DNA of 53,289 nucleotides from Acidimicrobiia bacterium (GTDB lineage: Bacteria > Actinomycetota > Acidimicrobiia > Spongiisociales > Spongiisociaceae). Position numbers and translations under genes: made by a program. A model generated the notes under the pieces. The model saw only the letters and a program-made list of their open reading frames with translations, searched no databases and was not told where the DNA came from. The stretch covers positions 1 through 53,289 of the forward strand of contig JBFGLM010000033.1 of the NCBI GenBank assembly GCA_041576165.1. The letters are read 5' to 3'. Shown here piece after piece: positions 1-9,351 of the stretch; the stretch's first letter is position 1; every line of letters begins with the position of its first letter.

Positions 1-122
1 CCAACACGCTCCGACAACGTCTTCGTAATCGCCGCCGTCAACGTCGTCTTCCCATGATCAATATGACCCATCGTCCCCACATTCACATGCGGCTTCGAAC
101 GCTCAAACTTCGCCTTCGCCAT
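1..122 (-). CDS. tuf: Elongation factor Tu, N-terminal 40 codons (runs off the window edge)
   Basis: Manual translation [40 protein letters not shown] with the GHIDHGKT P-loop; AAGGAG SD upstream; lies downstream of a tRNA cluster. Confidence 0.97.
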   Translation of the reverse strand, partial: MAKAKFERSKPHVNVGTMGHIDHGKTTLTAAITKTLSERV

Positions 123-242
123 GGGATAAAACTCCTTGCTTTTTGGCCCAATTTGCTCCGAGCCGGCGACCGTTCATCAGCAATCAGCCCTCGGCACACC
201 TCGGTGCCGACGGCTGACGGCTGAGCCCGCTCGCGGGCTTCG

Positions 243-316
243 TAGCGGCGGGCAGACTCGAACTGCCGACCTCTCGATTATGAGTCGAGCGCTCTTACCT
301 ACTGAGCTACGCCGCC
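243..316 (-). tRNA. tRNA-Met (CAT), probably elongator
   Basis: Reverse complement GGCGGCGTAGCTCAG...CTCATAA...GTTCGAGTC...CGCCGCTA folds as a cloverleaf; no encoded CCA; Ile2 not formally excluded. Confidence 0.9.
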
Positions 317-481
317 ATCGCTCGGCGGCCTCTCGGCCGCCGTCGCTCATCGAGATGCTCGCCCGCCCTCACGGGCCGGCCGAGCAAACTCGCCGCGGAA
401 GGACAACACGCCAAACCGCTCGTGGCAGACGGACACATTGCGTCCATCGCTCCCCGCAGGAGCATCAGCGACCTGCGGTCG

Positions 482-554
482 AGCCCCCTTCCGGATTCGA
501 ACCGGAGACCTCTTCCTTACCATGGAAGCGCTCTACCGACTGAGCTAAGGGGGC
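482..554 (-). tRNA. tRNA-Thr (GGT)
   Basis: GCCCCCTTAGCTCAGTCGGTAGAGCG...ATGGTAA...GGTTCGAATCC...AGGGGGCT cloverleaf. Confidence 0.95.
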
Positions 555-596
555 CGGTAGCTCTGCAATTGTCTCTTGCGCTGCGCCCGGCCGCTG

Positions 597-679
597 TGCC
601 GGGAGAAGGATTTGAACCTCCGAAGGCTTACGCCGGCAGATTTACAGTCTGCTCCCTTTGGCCGCTCGGGCATCCCGGC
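597..679 (-). tRNA. tRNA-Tyr (GTA)
   Basis: GCCGGGATGCCCGAGCGGCCAAAGGGAGCAGACTGTAAATCTGC, long variable arm, GGTTCAAATCC T-arm. Confidence 0.95.
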
Positions 680-715
680 AATGCGCCCGGACACATGAGG
701 CCCGGGCAGCGGCAC

Positions 716-721
716 ATTCTA
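716..721 (-). promoter_or_regulatory. Candidate -10 box (TAGAAT) of the tRNA-tuf transcript
   Basis: TAGAAT about 36 nt upstream of tRNA-Tyr in a GC-rich background; -35 weak. Confidence 0.4.
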
Positions 722-784
722 GCCGGTCGGATTGCCGGAGAAAATCCGAATGCACCAGCCACTTCGTTCCATGCGGCTGCTCGC

Positions 785-1285
785 TCAACGTGCTTCAGAC
801 GCACTCCGACGGGCCATCCACCCCGGCACGGCCAGCGCTGCCACCAAAACGAAATCGGCCAGCGCAATCCAGCGCCGGACGGCGAGATCGACCAGGGCGA
901 GCGCGGCCACGGTGGCGGCCGCCGCCAGCAGGGCCCGACCGGATCTGGCCAACACGACCTGACGGCGCTGGGCCGGGAGCGGCTCGTCCAATCCCATCTC
1001 GGCTGCCCGCAGCAAGCTCCGCCGGACGGTGAAGGCAAGCCAGGACACGACCAGCGCCACATAGGTGATCCCCCATCCAAGCCAAGCCGGATCGACCAGG
1101 GCGGCGCCGATCAGGCCCGCCAGAGCGGCACCGACACCCACCCGCGCTGCCAGCAACAGGTGGTGTTGGGCCCAGCGCGGTCCGCGTTGCGCCGATCGAA
1201 CGCTCAGGAACGCACCCCATGCCGCCGCCACACTGATGGCAATGATCAGCGTTCCGCTGGCAAAGGCATTCGAAACGGACATCAA
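785..1285 (-). CDS. Hypothetical membrane protein
   Basis: 166-aa ORF with about 5 hydrophobic segments, co-oriented with htpX; no family recognised. Confidence 0.6.
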   Translation of the reverse strand: MMSVSNAFASGTLIIAISVAAAWGAFLSVRSAQRGPRWAQHHLLLAARVGVGAALAGLIGAALVDPAWLGWGITYVALVVSWLAFTVRRSLLRAAEMGLDEPLPAQRRQVVLARSGRALLAAAATVAALALVDLAVRRWIALADFVLVAALAVPGWMARRSASEAR

Positions 1286-1373
1286 CGGACGCCGGCGAGC
1301 GGGGCGTGTTCACTTCGCATCGGCCCCTCCTGGCAGGACTTGCAGCGGCCGGCGTCGACCGCCTTCTTTGTCG

Positions 1374-2246
1374 TCACACCCGGCGGTAGTGCATCTCTTC
1401 CAGGCGCTGAACACGCTCTTCCATGGGCGGATGCGTGGCGAAGAGTCGGGCGAGGGTGCCGCCGCCTCGCCGGTCACGACGACCGAACGCCTTCAGCGGA
1501 TCCTCGATGAAGAGCTGGCTGACCGCCGGATCGACCTGCATCGGAACCCGGGCCGTCGCCTGGCCGATCTTGGCCAGCGCCGAGGCCAGGTGCAGCGGCT
1601 GTCCGGTCAATTGGGCTCCCGAGGCGTCCGCCTCGTATTCCCGGGACCGGGAGATCGCCATCCGAATGATCATTGCCGCCACCGGGGCAATGAACAGCGA
1701 GACGAGCGCCAGAATGCCGCCGAGCGGATTGTCACGGTCGCGTCCGCCGCCGGTGAACAAGGCCAAGCGAGCGAAGATTGACAGCGCAGCAGCGAGCATC
1801 GCGGCCACCGAAGAAATCAGGATGTCGCGATTGCGTACGTGAGCCAGCTCATGGGCGAGCACACCCTCGAGCTCCTGCTCATTCATGATCTGCAGGATCC
1901 CACCCGTGACCGCCACCGCCGCGTGCTGGGGATTGCGGCCGGTGGCGAAGGCGTTGGGCTGGGGGCTGTCGATGTAGTAGATGCGCGGCATCGGCATATC
2001 GGCCATCTGGGCCAACCGCCGCACGATCGCATATATCTGGGGGAGTTCGTGTTCCTCTACCGGCCGGGCCCGGCTGGCCCGCAAAGCCATCTTGTCACTG
2101 AAGAAGTAGGCAAAGAAGTTGAGACCGGCTGCAAACAGCAAACCGATCCAGAAGCCGTTGCCATCGCCGAACAGCGCGATGCCGAGCAACCATACGAGGG
2201 CGCTCAGGAAGGCCAGCAGACCAACCGTCTTGAGATTGTTCCACAT
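1374..2246 (-). CDS. htpX: Membrane zinc metalloprotease HtpX (M48)
   Basis: PNAFATG, HELAH zinc motif, SRSREYEAD, FATHPP motifs; N-terminal TM helices. Confidence 0.95.
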   Translation of the reverse strand: MWNNLKTVGLLAFLSALVWLLGIALFGDGNGFWIGLLFAAGLNFFAYFFSDKMALRASRARPVEEHELPQIYAIVRRLAQMADMPMPRIYYIDSPQPNAFATGRNPQHAAVAVTGGILQIMNEQELEGVLAHELAHVRNRDILISSVAAMLAAALSIFARLALFTGGGRDRDNPLGGILALVSLFIAPVAAMIIRMAISRSREYEADASGAQLTGQPLHLASALAKIGQATARVPMQVDPAVSQLFIEDPLKAFGRRDRRGGGTLARLFATHPPMEERVQRLEEMHYRRV

Positions 2247-2629
2247 AATGACTCCATACTACCTGGCTATCCCAGCTAGCGAATCGCAGCGGGGCCGGTT
2301 GTCTTCTATACGCCGCAGTATGCGGCCGGATCGGATCTACCCGCGCTCAAGGTAGATGAAACCCACCCCGTCGTCGAGGCGTCTTGCGCCGGACGTGTCT
2401 CGGTCGGTAACAGACATACGTGTTGATACACCTTACGAAAAGCGGAGGGTATCGGAAATGAAGGGACCGAACGGAGGCCGGTGATCCTGTCCAATCCCCA
2501 CCAAACCACCGCCGCTACCCAGGATTCTCCAGGGCGGCAGTTCTCTAGCCACAGGCTCCAGCACCCGCTACGCTTCTGCGAGTCGAAGTCCGAGGCTGCC
2601 AGGGAGCCTTTGAGGATGGGGAGAACCAG

Positions 2630-5600
2630 TTGAGACGCACCGCTCTGCTGCTCTGCGCGGTTGGCGCGCTATTGGTCTCGACGGTAGTGCCGGCCGCCGG
2701 GCAGGAGCCCCCTCCGCGCGACACCACCGATGCCGTGCTCGACCTGAAGCTGCCGGCTCCCATCACCCGGACGGGCGTGGAGCCGCCGGCCGCGTCGCTA
2801 TCCCGGGTCGATTCGTCGTTGCTGGTCGCCACCGGCACCCGTCAGGTCATGGTGCGGCTCACGTCGAAGGCCCCAGCCGCAGTGGCCGGTCAAGGCGGCG
2901 ACCCGGCTGCGCAGCGCTCCGCTCTGGCCGAGGTACGCGCACAGCAGGCGGCCGTGGTCGAGCGGGCGGCCCGGCTGAATGCCCGGCTGGTCGGACAAGC
3001 CCAGCACGCCACCAACGTTGTCGTGCTCGAGCTCGACGCCGACCGCTTGTCGGATCTCGCCGCCGATCCCGCCATCGAGTCGATCCGCCCGGTGATCGAT
3101 TATCAGCTCGACACCGGGCTGGCGGCACCGTTCGTCAGCGCGGCCGCGCTACAGGACCTCGGCTTCGATGGGACCGGCGTACGGGTGGCGGTGCTCGACA
3201 CAGGGATCGACTACACCCACGCCGCATTGGGCGGCCCGGGTACCACGACCGCGTACGAGAGCGCGTACGGTACCGATCCGTCCGACCCCCGCAACCGCAC
3301 CACCGACGGCTTGTTCCCGACGGCCAAAGTAGTCGATGGGTTCGATTTCGTCGGTGAAAGCTGGCCCCGGCGAGATCTGGAGCCCGACCCGGACCCCATC
3401 GACTTCAACGGTCATGGCACCCAGGTGGCCGACGCGATCGGCGGGCAGAACGGGGTGGCGCCCGGCGTCGCGCTGTATGCGTACAAGGTATGCTCCTCGA
3501 TCTCGACGTCGTGCTCGGGCGTCGGTCTCATCCAGGCGATGGATGCTGTGGTGGACCCGAACGGGGATGGCGACACCAGCGATCATCTCGATCTCGTCAA
3601 CATGTCGCTGGGCGCGTTTTACGGCCAGGCATTCGACGACGACCTCAGCCAGGCGGTCGAAAACGCCAACGCGCTGGGAGTGCTGACCGTGGCATCTGCC
3701 GGCAACACCGGCGACAAGCCCTATATCGTCGGCTCGCCGTCGGTCGCGCCATCGGCCATCTCTGTCACGGAGACCCAGGTGCCATCGGCAGTGTTGCCCC
3801 TCCTCACCATCCAGGGGGGCGATGACATTCCCGCCGTTTTCCAGACGTGGTCGGCAGTCCCGAGCGGCGTGATCACCGCACCTCTGGTCTACGGCGACGG
3901 TGCCGGCGGCAACCTGGACGGGTGCGCACCGTTCGACCTGGCCCAGCCGGGTCGCATCGTCCTGGTCGATCGCGGCACGTGCGACTTCACGCTCAAAGTG
4001 CTGAACATTCAGAATGCAGGCGGCATCGCCGCCCTCATCGGCCTGGTCGACACCGGCGCTCCGTTCGTGGGCGGCAACGCCGGCGACGGCCCGATCACAA
4101 TCCCGGCGTACATGGTCTCACTCTCCGACGCCGATGTTCTGCGAACCGGGGCGGTGCTGACCATCGACCCCGCCAACAGCTTGCCGCTGGCCGGGCAAAT
4201 GGTGCCGTCTTCCTCACGCGGGCCCAGTATGACGTTCAACGCCATCAAGCCGGAGGTTGGCGCTCCTGGGGCGTCGGTCACAGCCGACGCCGGCACCGGG
4301 GCCGACACGCTGAGCTTCGGGAGCACGTCTGCCGCGGCTGCCCGCGTCGCCGGCTCGGCGGCGCTCCTCATGGAGGCTTTCCCAAATCGGACTCCGGCCG
4401 AGATCAAGGCAGTGCTGATGAACACGGCCGCGACCGACATACTCACTGAGCCCCCCGAGCTGGGAGGGGTTCTTGCGCCGATCACCCGGATTGGAGGCGG
4501 TGAGCTGCGACTCGACCGTGCTCTCGCCTCCCCGGCGGCCGCATGGGACGGCGAGTCATCGGTCGGTGCGCTGTCGTTTGGATTCCTGGACGTTTTCCGC
4601 GAGGCAATGCAGGTGGCAAGACCGGTCACCGTCCGCAACTACACCGATTCGCCCATCACCTACCGGATCATTCCCGAGTTCCGCTTCCCAGACGATGGCG
4701 CAAACCGGGCGGTGCAGATGTCGGCGCCGCGCCGGGTTCGGGTGCCCGCCAACGGCACCACCACATTCCGCGTCACCCTCACGATCCGAGGGAATGCGCT
4801 ACGCGAATGGGGCCTCAACTCCGGCCGGCTCGGCAACGACGGCGACGCCCTGACCACGCTCGAGTACGACGGCTACCTGAGATTCGAGAATCAGAATCGG
4901 GACGGAGGGGATCTGCACTTGGCGTGGCACGTGCTCCCCCGCAAGGCCGACCTGGTCCGAGCCCGCCGCACGGTCGGCGTGCGGCCCGTCCCGCGCCAGG
5001 GCTTTGCGGCCGGGACCGGCGAGCTGCGGAACCTGGGGATCGGGACTGCCCGGATCGACGCGTTCTCTTTGATCGGCCGCAGCCCCGATTTGCCGGAAGC
5101 CGCCGCCGGGACGCAGGCTCCCGTCATCGATCTGCGATACGTCGGCGTGTCCACCACCCTGGCCGAGCCCGGACTGTGCAGCGACCAGGAGTCGTTCATC
5201 ATGCGGTTCGCAGTCAACACCTGGGAGCGTCAAACTCACGCAAACGCGCCGGCTGCGTTCCAATTCGACCTGGACACCAACCAGGACGGGGTGACCGACT
5301 ACGCAGTGTTCAATGAGGATCTCGACATGGCCACCGACGGCCGCAACGCCACATACGTGCTCGATCTGGCGACCGGAGCATCGACCATCTTCTTCCTGAC
5401 CGGCCACACGACGAACAGCGCGAACACGGTGCTATCGCTGTGCGGGGAGCAGATCGGGATGAACGCCGAGGACCTCTTCCAGCCGATCACCGCCAACGTG
5501 CTGGCCGTCGACAACTACTTTCGGAGCGCCGTCACCGACATGGTCGAAGGTCTGCAGTTTGCCCCACTCGGCGAGCGATTCGTCGCGACGGTCGATGACA

Positions 5601-5797
5601 TTCGACCTGAGTCAATCGGCAGGTTCCGAGTAACCGATTTCGGCCGGGCCGGAACCAACCCCGCTGAGAGCGGGCTGTTGCTGTTCGTCACCGGGGACCG
5701 GGAGGAAGGGATCAGCGGTGCTCCCGAAGGACGCGAGGCGCTGGTCATTCGAATCCGGCCGGACAAGCGTCCGCACGGCGGCAAGTACGTCAAATAG
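2630..5797 (+). CDS. Secreted S8 subtilisin-like serine peptidase with propeptide, PA domain and C-terminal beta domains
   Basis: Signal peptide; VAVLDTGID (Asp), NGHGT (His), SAGN (oxyanion Asn), STSAAA (Ser); PA motif VLVDRGTCDF. Confidence 0.9.
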   Translation: MRRTALLLCAVGALLVSTVVPAAGQEPPPRDTTDAVLDLKLPAPITRTGVEPPAASLSRVDSSLLVATGTRQVMVRLTSKAPAAVAGQGGDPAAQRSALAEVRAQQAAVVERAARLNARLVGQAQHATNVVVLELDADRLSDLAADPAIESIRPVIDYQLDTGLAAPFVSAAALQDLGFDGTGVRVAVLDTGIDYTHAALGGPGTTTAYESAYGTDPSDPRNRTTDGLFPTAKVVDGFDFVGESWPRRDLEPDPDPIDFNGHGTQVADAIGGQNGVAPGVALYAYKVCSSISTSCSGVGLIQAMDAVVDPNGDGDTSDHLDLVNMSLGAFYGQAFDDDLSQAVENANALGVLTVASAGNTGDKPYIVGSPSVAPSAISVTETQVPSAVLPLLTIQGGDDIPAVFQTWSAVPSGVITAPLVYGDGAGGNLDGCAPFDLAQPGRIVLVDRGTCDFTLKVLNIQNAGGIAALIGLVDTGAPFVGGNAGDGPITIPAYMVSLSDADVLRTGAVLTIDPANSLPLAGQMVPSSSRGPSMTFNAIKPEVGAPGASVTADAGTGADTLSFGSTSAAAARVAGSAALLMEAFPNRTPAEIKAVLMNTAATDILTEPPELGGVLAPITRIGGGELRLDRALASPAAAWDGESSVGALSFGFLDVFREAMQVARPVTVRNYTDSPITYRIIPEFRFPDDGANRAVQMSAPRRVRVPANGTTTFRVTLTIRGNALREWGLNSGRLGNDGDALTTLEYDGYLRFENQNRDGGDLHLAWHVLPRKADLVRARRTVGVRPVPRQGFAAGTGELRNLGIGTARIDAFSLIGRSPDLPEAAAGTQAPVIDLRYVGVSTTLAEPGLCSDQESFIMRFAVNTWERQTHANAPAAFQFDLDTNQDGVTDYAVFNEDLDMATDGRNATYVLDLATGASTIFFLTGHTTNSANTVLSLCGEQIGMNAEDLFQPITANVLAVDNYFRSAVTDMVEGLQFAPLGERFVATVDDIRPESIGRFRVTDFGRAGTNPAESGLLLFVTGDREEGISGAPEGREALVIRIRPDKRPHGGKYVK

Positions 5798-5841
5798 CCG
5801 GCAGCGGTGTTCCGGCAGCGGTGCGGCGCCTCGTTGTTCCG

Positions 5842-6288
5842 TCACTGCTCGCAAACGGTGATTGAACCGGTCTGGCTGGCCCGATAGTCGAGCAGCTCGC
5901 CGTCCGCCTCGAGTACCACCCGATACCCTTCAACGAGGGCCTGGGTGTATGCCATCCCGGGTTGCGGGCATCCCAGGGAGCCGTCACTCCACAACACCGC
6001 CTCGGACAGCGCAACTTCGATCGTTTCCGGAGCAGCCGGGGTGCGACTGGATGCATCGGCGCGGATTTCGTCGATGATTTCTTGCGGGACGGCGCCCGGT
6101 CGCACCACCCCTCCCTCGGTGGGCGGGATGGGAACAGGGTCGGGGATGGTGGTTGGCTCCTGTGGCACAGTGGTCGGCCGCTCGGCTACAGGTGGTGAGG
6201 TGTCGCTCACCTCACCCGCTAGGTCGGCACCGCCGCATGCGACCAGCACCAGGCCGGTCAGCGTCGCGATGATCTGGAACGTTTTCAT
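5842..6288 (-). CDS. Conserved hypothetical lipoprotein
   Basis: MKTF start after GGAG; lipobox LVAC; Pro/Thr linker; WSDGSLGCPQPGMAYTQALVEGY domain. Confidence 0.75.
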   Translation of the reverse strand: MKTFQIIATLTGLVLVACGGADLAGEVSDTSPPVAERPTTVPQEPTTIPDPVPIPPTEGGVVRPGAVPQEIIDEIRADASSRTPAAPETIEVALSEAVLWSDGSLGCPQPGMAYTQALVEGYRVVLEADGELLDYRASQTGSITVCEQ

Positions 6289-6342
6289 TTTGCTCCACAA
6301 ACGTACACATCGGTGTGACGAATCCGGCGTCGTGCCGGTTCC

Positions 6343-7413
6343 CTATTTCTCTGCCAGCAACACCCGGAAATCGCCCAATCCGCGAGGGTGGAGGAGAGTA
6401 TCGACCTCAGTGAGTCGGGTGCGCGTCTGGAGGCGCGGAAAAGTGTTCCCCGCCCGTGCGTGTGTGAGCTCCTCAGCCCGAAGGGCGTCGCGCAAGTCCC
6501 CCATACCCCAAGCCCGCAGGACATCCGCCTGGCGACCTATCTGTGCCCTGGCACCCGCCGCCTCCGCTGTGTCGCACAAGGCCGAGAAGTTCACGTCGGC
6601 CGTCAGGTCGGTGGCCCCCGGCTGCGCCAGCGGCTCCGGGCCGAGGTGATGCCCTTGATAGGTTCGCAGCGTTCCGTGCCGGCGGCGGGCCGCCAGGCCC
6701 TCGGCGGTATCCCCGTAGTCGAACACCACGAGTCCCCCGACCGAGAGTTTTCCCAGGGCTCGTGCGACCCATGTCGTGGCCGCCATTTGCACCTCGACGA
6801 AACCGCCCTCCCCAACCAGGCCCGCCCAACGTTCCAGCCAGGCTTCCACCTCGGGCCGGGGGGGTACCCCAACGAATTCCAGCTCGGTCTCGGCCGCCGT
6901 GACCCATCGCTCTTCCCACCCGTCGACAGTACGGACCGCCAGTGCCATGGGAAGATTGTCAAGCAACTCGTTGGCGACGATGACAGCGTGCAGCTGTTCG
7001 CTGAGATCATCGATCGATTCGAGCAGCTGAACGTCCGGCAACCGGCAGGACAAGGTGTCCCGGGCGGCTGGCGACACCTCGACGGCATATGCGTCCACTG
7101 CCATCGGTAACTCAGCCAGCAGGGAAGCCAACAGCGAGCCGGAGCCGGCCCCGGCATCACAGACCGCCAACCGGTCGGGCCGACCGAGCCGTTCCCAGGT
7201 CGATTCCACGTAGTGAGCGATCTGGGCGCCGAACAGCGGGCTCACTTCGGGACTGGTCAGGAAATCACCGTCTCGCGCCGAGCGAAGCCGGCCGGAACCG
7301 AAGAAGCCGTCCTCCGGATCGTAGAGCGCGATCTGCATGTACCGATCAAACGGCATCGGCCCATTGTCTGCTATCTCCCCGCGGATACGCGCCGCGAGCG
7401 CGTTCACGGTCAC
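6343..7413 (-). CDS. SAM-dependent methyltransferase, NDUFAF7/MidA family
   Basis: [53 protein letters not shown] motifs; GTG start overlaps the glgB stop (GTGA). Confidence 0.88.
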   Translation of the reverse strand: MTVNALAARIRGEIADNGPMPFDRYMQIALYDPEDGFFGSGRLRSARDGDFLTSPEVSPLFGAQIAHYVESTWERLGRPDRLAVCDAGAGSGSLLASLLAELPMAVDAYAVEVSPAARDTLSCRLPDVQLLESIDDLSEQLHAVIVANELLDNLPMALAVRTVDGWEERWVTAAETELEFVGVPPRPEVEAWLERWAGLVGEGGFVEVQMAATTWVARALGKLSVGGLVVFDYGDTAEGLAARRRHGTLRTYQGHHLGPEPLAQPGATDLTADVNFSALCDTAEAAGARAQIGRQADVLRAWGMGDLRDALRAEELTHARAGNTFPRLQTRTRLTEVDTLLHPRGLGDFRVLLAEK

Positions 7414-9305
7414 TCCGCCCCCAGGAACACTGCTGCCAGAGGCGGCAGTGTCAGCTGGAGCGAGTCGGGGAACCGACCATGCGGTATCCCGGTGGTTGTT
7501 ACCGCGCCCTGGTTCCCGACTCCCGATCCCCAATAATGCTCTGCGTCGCTATTGAGGATCTCCCGCCATACGCCACCGGACGGAACCCCCAGCACGAAGT
7601 CGTCGCGCGGAACCGGGGTGAAGTTGAAGACGGCCAGCACCCGGTCGTCGTTGCCGGGGTTCACACGCAGGAAGGCCAGGACGCTGGCGTCGGCCTCATC
7701 AGCCGACACCCAGTCCAACCCGGCGGGTTCGTGATCGGCGGCATGAAGCGCCGGCCTCCCCCGGTACAGGCCGGCCAGATCCCGCACCCAGTTGCGCACT
7801 CCCTGATGCGGCAGATGCTCCAGGAGGTGCCAGTCGAGGCTGACATCGTGGTCCCACTCAGCCCGCTGACCGAACTCACCACCCATGAAGATGAGCTTCT
7901 TGCCGGGCTGGGCGAACTGATAGCCGAAGAGCAGCCTCAGGTTGGCGAACTTCTGCCAGTCGTCGCCTGCCATCTTGTTGACCAGCGAACCTTTGCCGTG
8001 CACGACCTCGTCGTGGGACAAGGGCAGACAGAAGTTCTCCGTGTAGGCGTACAGGCCGCGGAAGGTGAGCTGGCGATGGTGATGGCGTCGGTGTACGGGA
8101 TCGCGTGACAAGTAGGCGAGGGTGTCGTGCATCCAGCCCATGTCCCATTTGAAGCCGAACCCGAGTCCGCCGGCCTCGAGCGGGCGGGAAACATTCGGCC
8201 AGGCAGTCGACTCTTCTGCGTAGGTCTGTACGCCGGGGAAGTCGCGATAGACGTAGCGGTTGAAGTCGCGCAGAAAACCGATCGCCCCCAGATTCTCCCG
8301 GCCGCCGAACCGGTTGGGGATCCAACCACCGGGATCGCGCGAATAGTCGAGGTAGAGCATCGAAGCGACAGCATCCACCCGGATGCCGTCGGCGTGGTAC
8401 CGGTCGAGCCACGCCACTGCGCTGGAGAGAAGGAAGCTGCGCACTTCGTTGCGGTCGTAGTTGAAGATGAAGCTGCCCCAGTCCGGATGGAACCCCTGCC
8501 GCTGATCGGCATGTTCGTACAAGTGGGTGCCGTCGAAATAGCCGAGCCCGTGCTCATCGGTGGCGAAATGAGATGGCACCCAGTCGAGAATCACGCCGAT
8601 GCCGTGCTGATGGAGCACGTCGATCAGGTACATGAGGTCCTGCGGAGTTCCGTAGCGCGCAGTCGGTGCGAAGTACCCCGTCGTCTGATATCCCCACGAC
8701 CCCCCGAATGGATGCTCCATGAGCGGCAGGAACTCGACGTGCGTGAAGCCCAGATCCGCCACGTAGCCGGCAAGCTCGTGGGCCATCTCGCGATAGGTGA
8801 GGGGCCAGTGGCCTTCGCCGGGATTCCGGCGCCAGCTCCCGGCGTGGACCTCGTAGATCGAGATCGGAGCTGTGTGCGCTTCGTCGCCGGCCCGCCGTTC
8901 CATCCATTCGGCGTCGCCCCATTCGTAGGACAGGTCCCACACCCGGCTCCCGGTTTCCGGCGGGGTCTCCGAATAGGCGGCGAACGGATCCGCCTTGTCG
9001 ACGCTATACCTCCGTTGTCGGGCTTCGACGTGATATTTGTAGGACGCTCCTGCAGGTACCCCGGGCACGAAGCCTTCCCAGATCCCCGAGGAGGCGACCG
9101 GAGTCAGGTCGTGTTGCTCTTTGGTCCACTCGTTGAACGAACCGAACACCGAAACGGCGCGAGCATTGGGGGCCCACACCGCGAAGTACACCCCATCGAC
9201 GCCGTCGTGGTTCACCAGATGGGAACCCAGCTTGTCGTGCAGTCGGATGTGGGTGCCCTCGTTGAACAGATAGAGGTCGTCTGCGGTCAACAACGAGAAC
9301 GACAA
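7410..9305 (-). CDS. glgB: 1,4-alpha-glucan branching enzyme (GH13)
   Basis: [52 protein letters not shown] motifs; TTG start after AGGAGAGG. Confidence 0.96.
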   Translation of the reverse strand: MSFSLLTADDLYLFNEGTHIRLHDKLGSHLVNHDGVDGVYFAVWAPNARAVSVFGSFNEWTKEQHDLTPVASSGIWEGFVPGVPAGASYKYHVEARQRRYSVDKADPFAAYSETPPETGSRVWDLSYEWGDAEWMERRAGDEAHTAPISIYEVHAGSWRRNPGEGHWPLTYREMAHELAGYVADLGFTHVEFLPLMEHPFGGSWGYQTTGYFAPTARYGTPQDLMYLIDVLHQHGIGVILDWVPSHFATDEHGLGYFDGTHLYEHADQRQGFHPDWGSFIFNYDRNEVRSFLLSSAVAWLDRYHADGIRVDAVASMLYLDYSRDPGGWIPNRFGGRENLGAIGFLRDFNRYVYRDFPGVQTYAEESTAWPNVSRPLEAGGLGFGFKWDMGWMHDTLAYLSRDPVHRRHHHRQLTFRGLYAYTENFCLPLSHDEVVHGKGSLVNKMAGDDWQKFANLRLLFGYQFAQPGKKLIFMGGEFGQRAEWDHDVSLDWHLLEHLPHQGVRNWVRDLAGLYRGRPALHAADHEPAGLDWVSADEADASVLAFLRVNPGNDDRVLAVFNFTPVPRDDFVLGVPSGGVWREILNSDAEHYWGSGVGNQGAVTTTGIPHGRFPDSLQLTLPPLAAVFLGAE

Positions 9306-9351
9306 AGGTCACCTCTCCTACGCATGTGGGTTCCAGGATACGACGAGGCGC

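Noticed and set aside
243-679. tRNA-associated integrative element
   Set aside because: No integrase, transposase or duplicated tRNA 3' end seen in the window
136-1510. Plus-strand ORFs 136-543 and 422-1510
   Set aside because: Antisense to tRNA genes and real CDSs; GC-rich shadow ORFs
2280-2629. Riboswitch or ncRNA upstream of the S8 protease
   Set aside because: 350-bp divergent intergenic region, but no known riboswitch consensus recognised; an Rfam scan is needed
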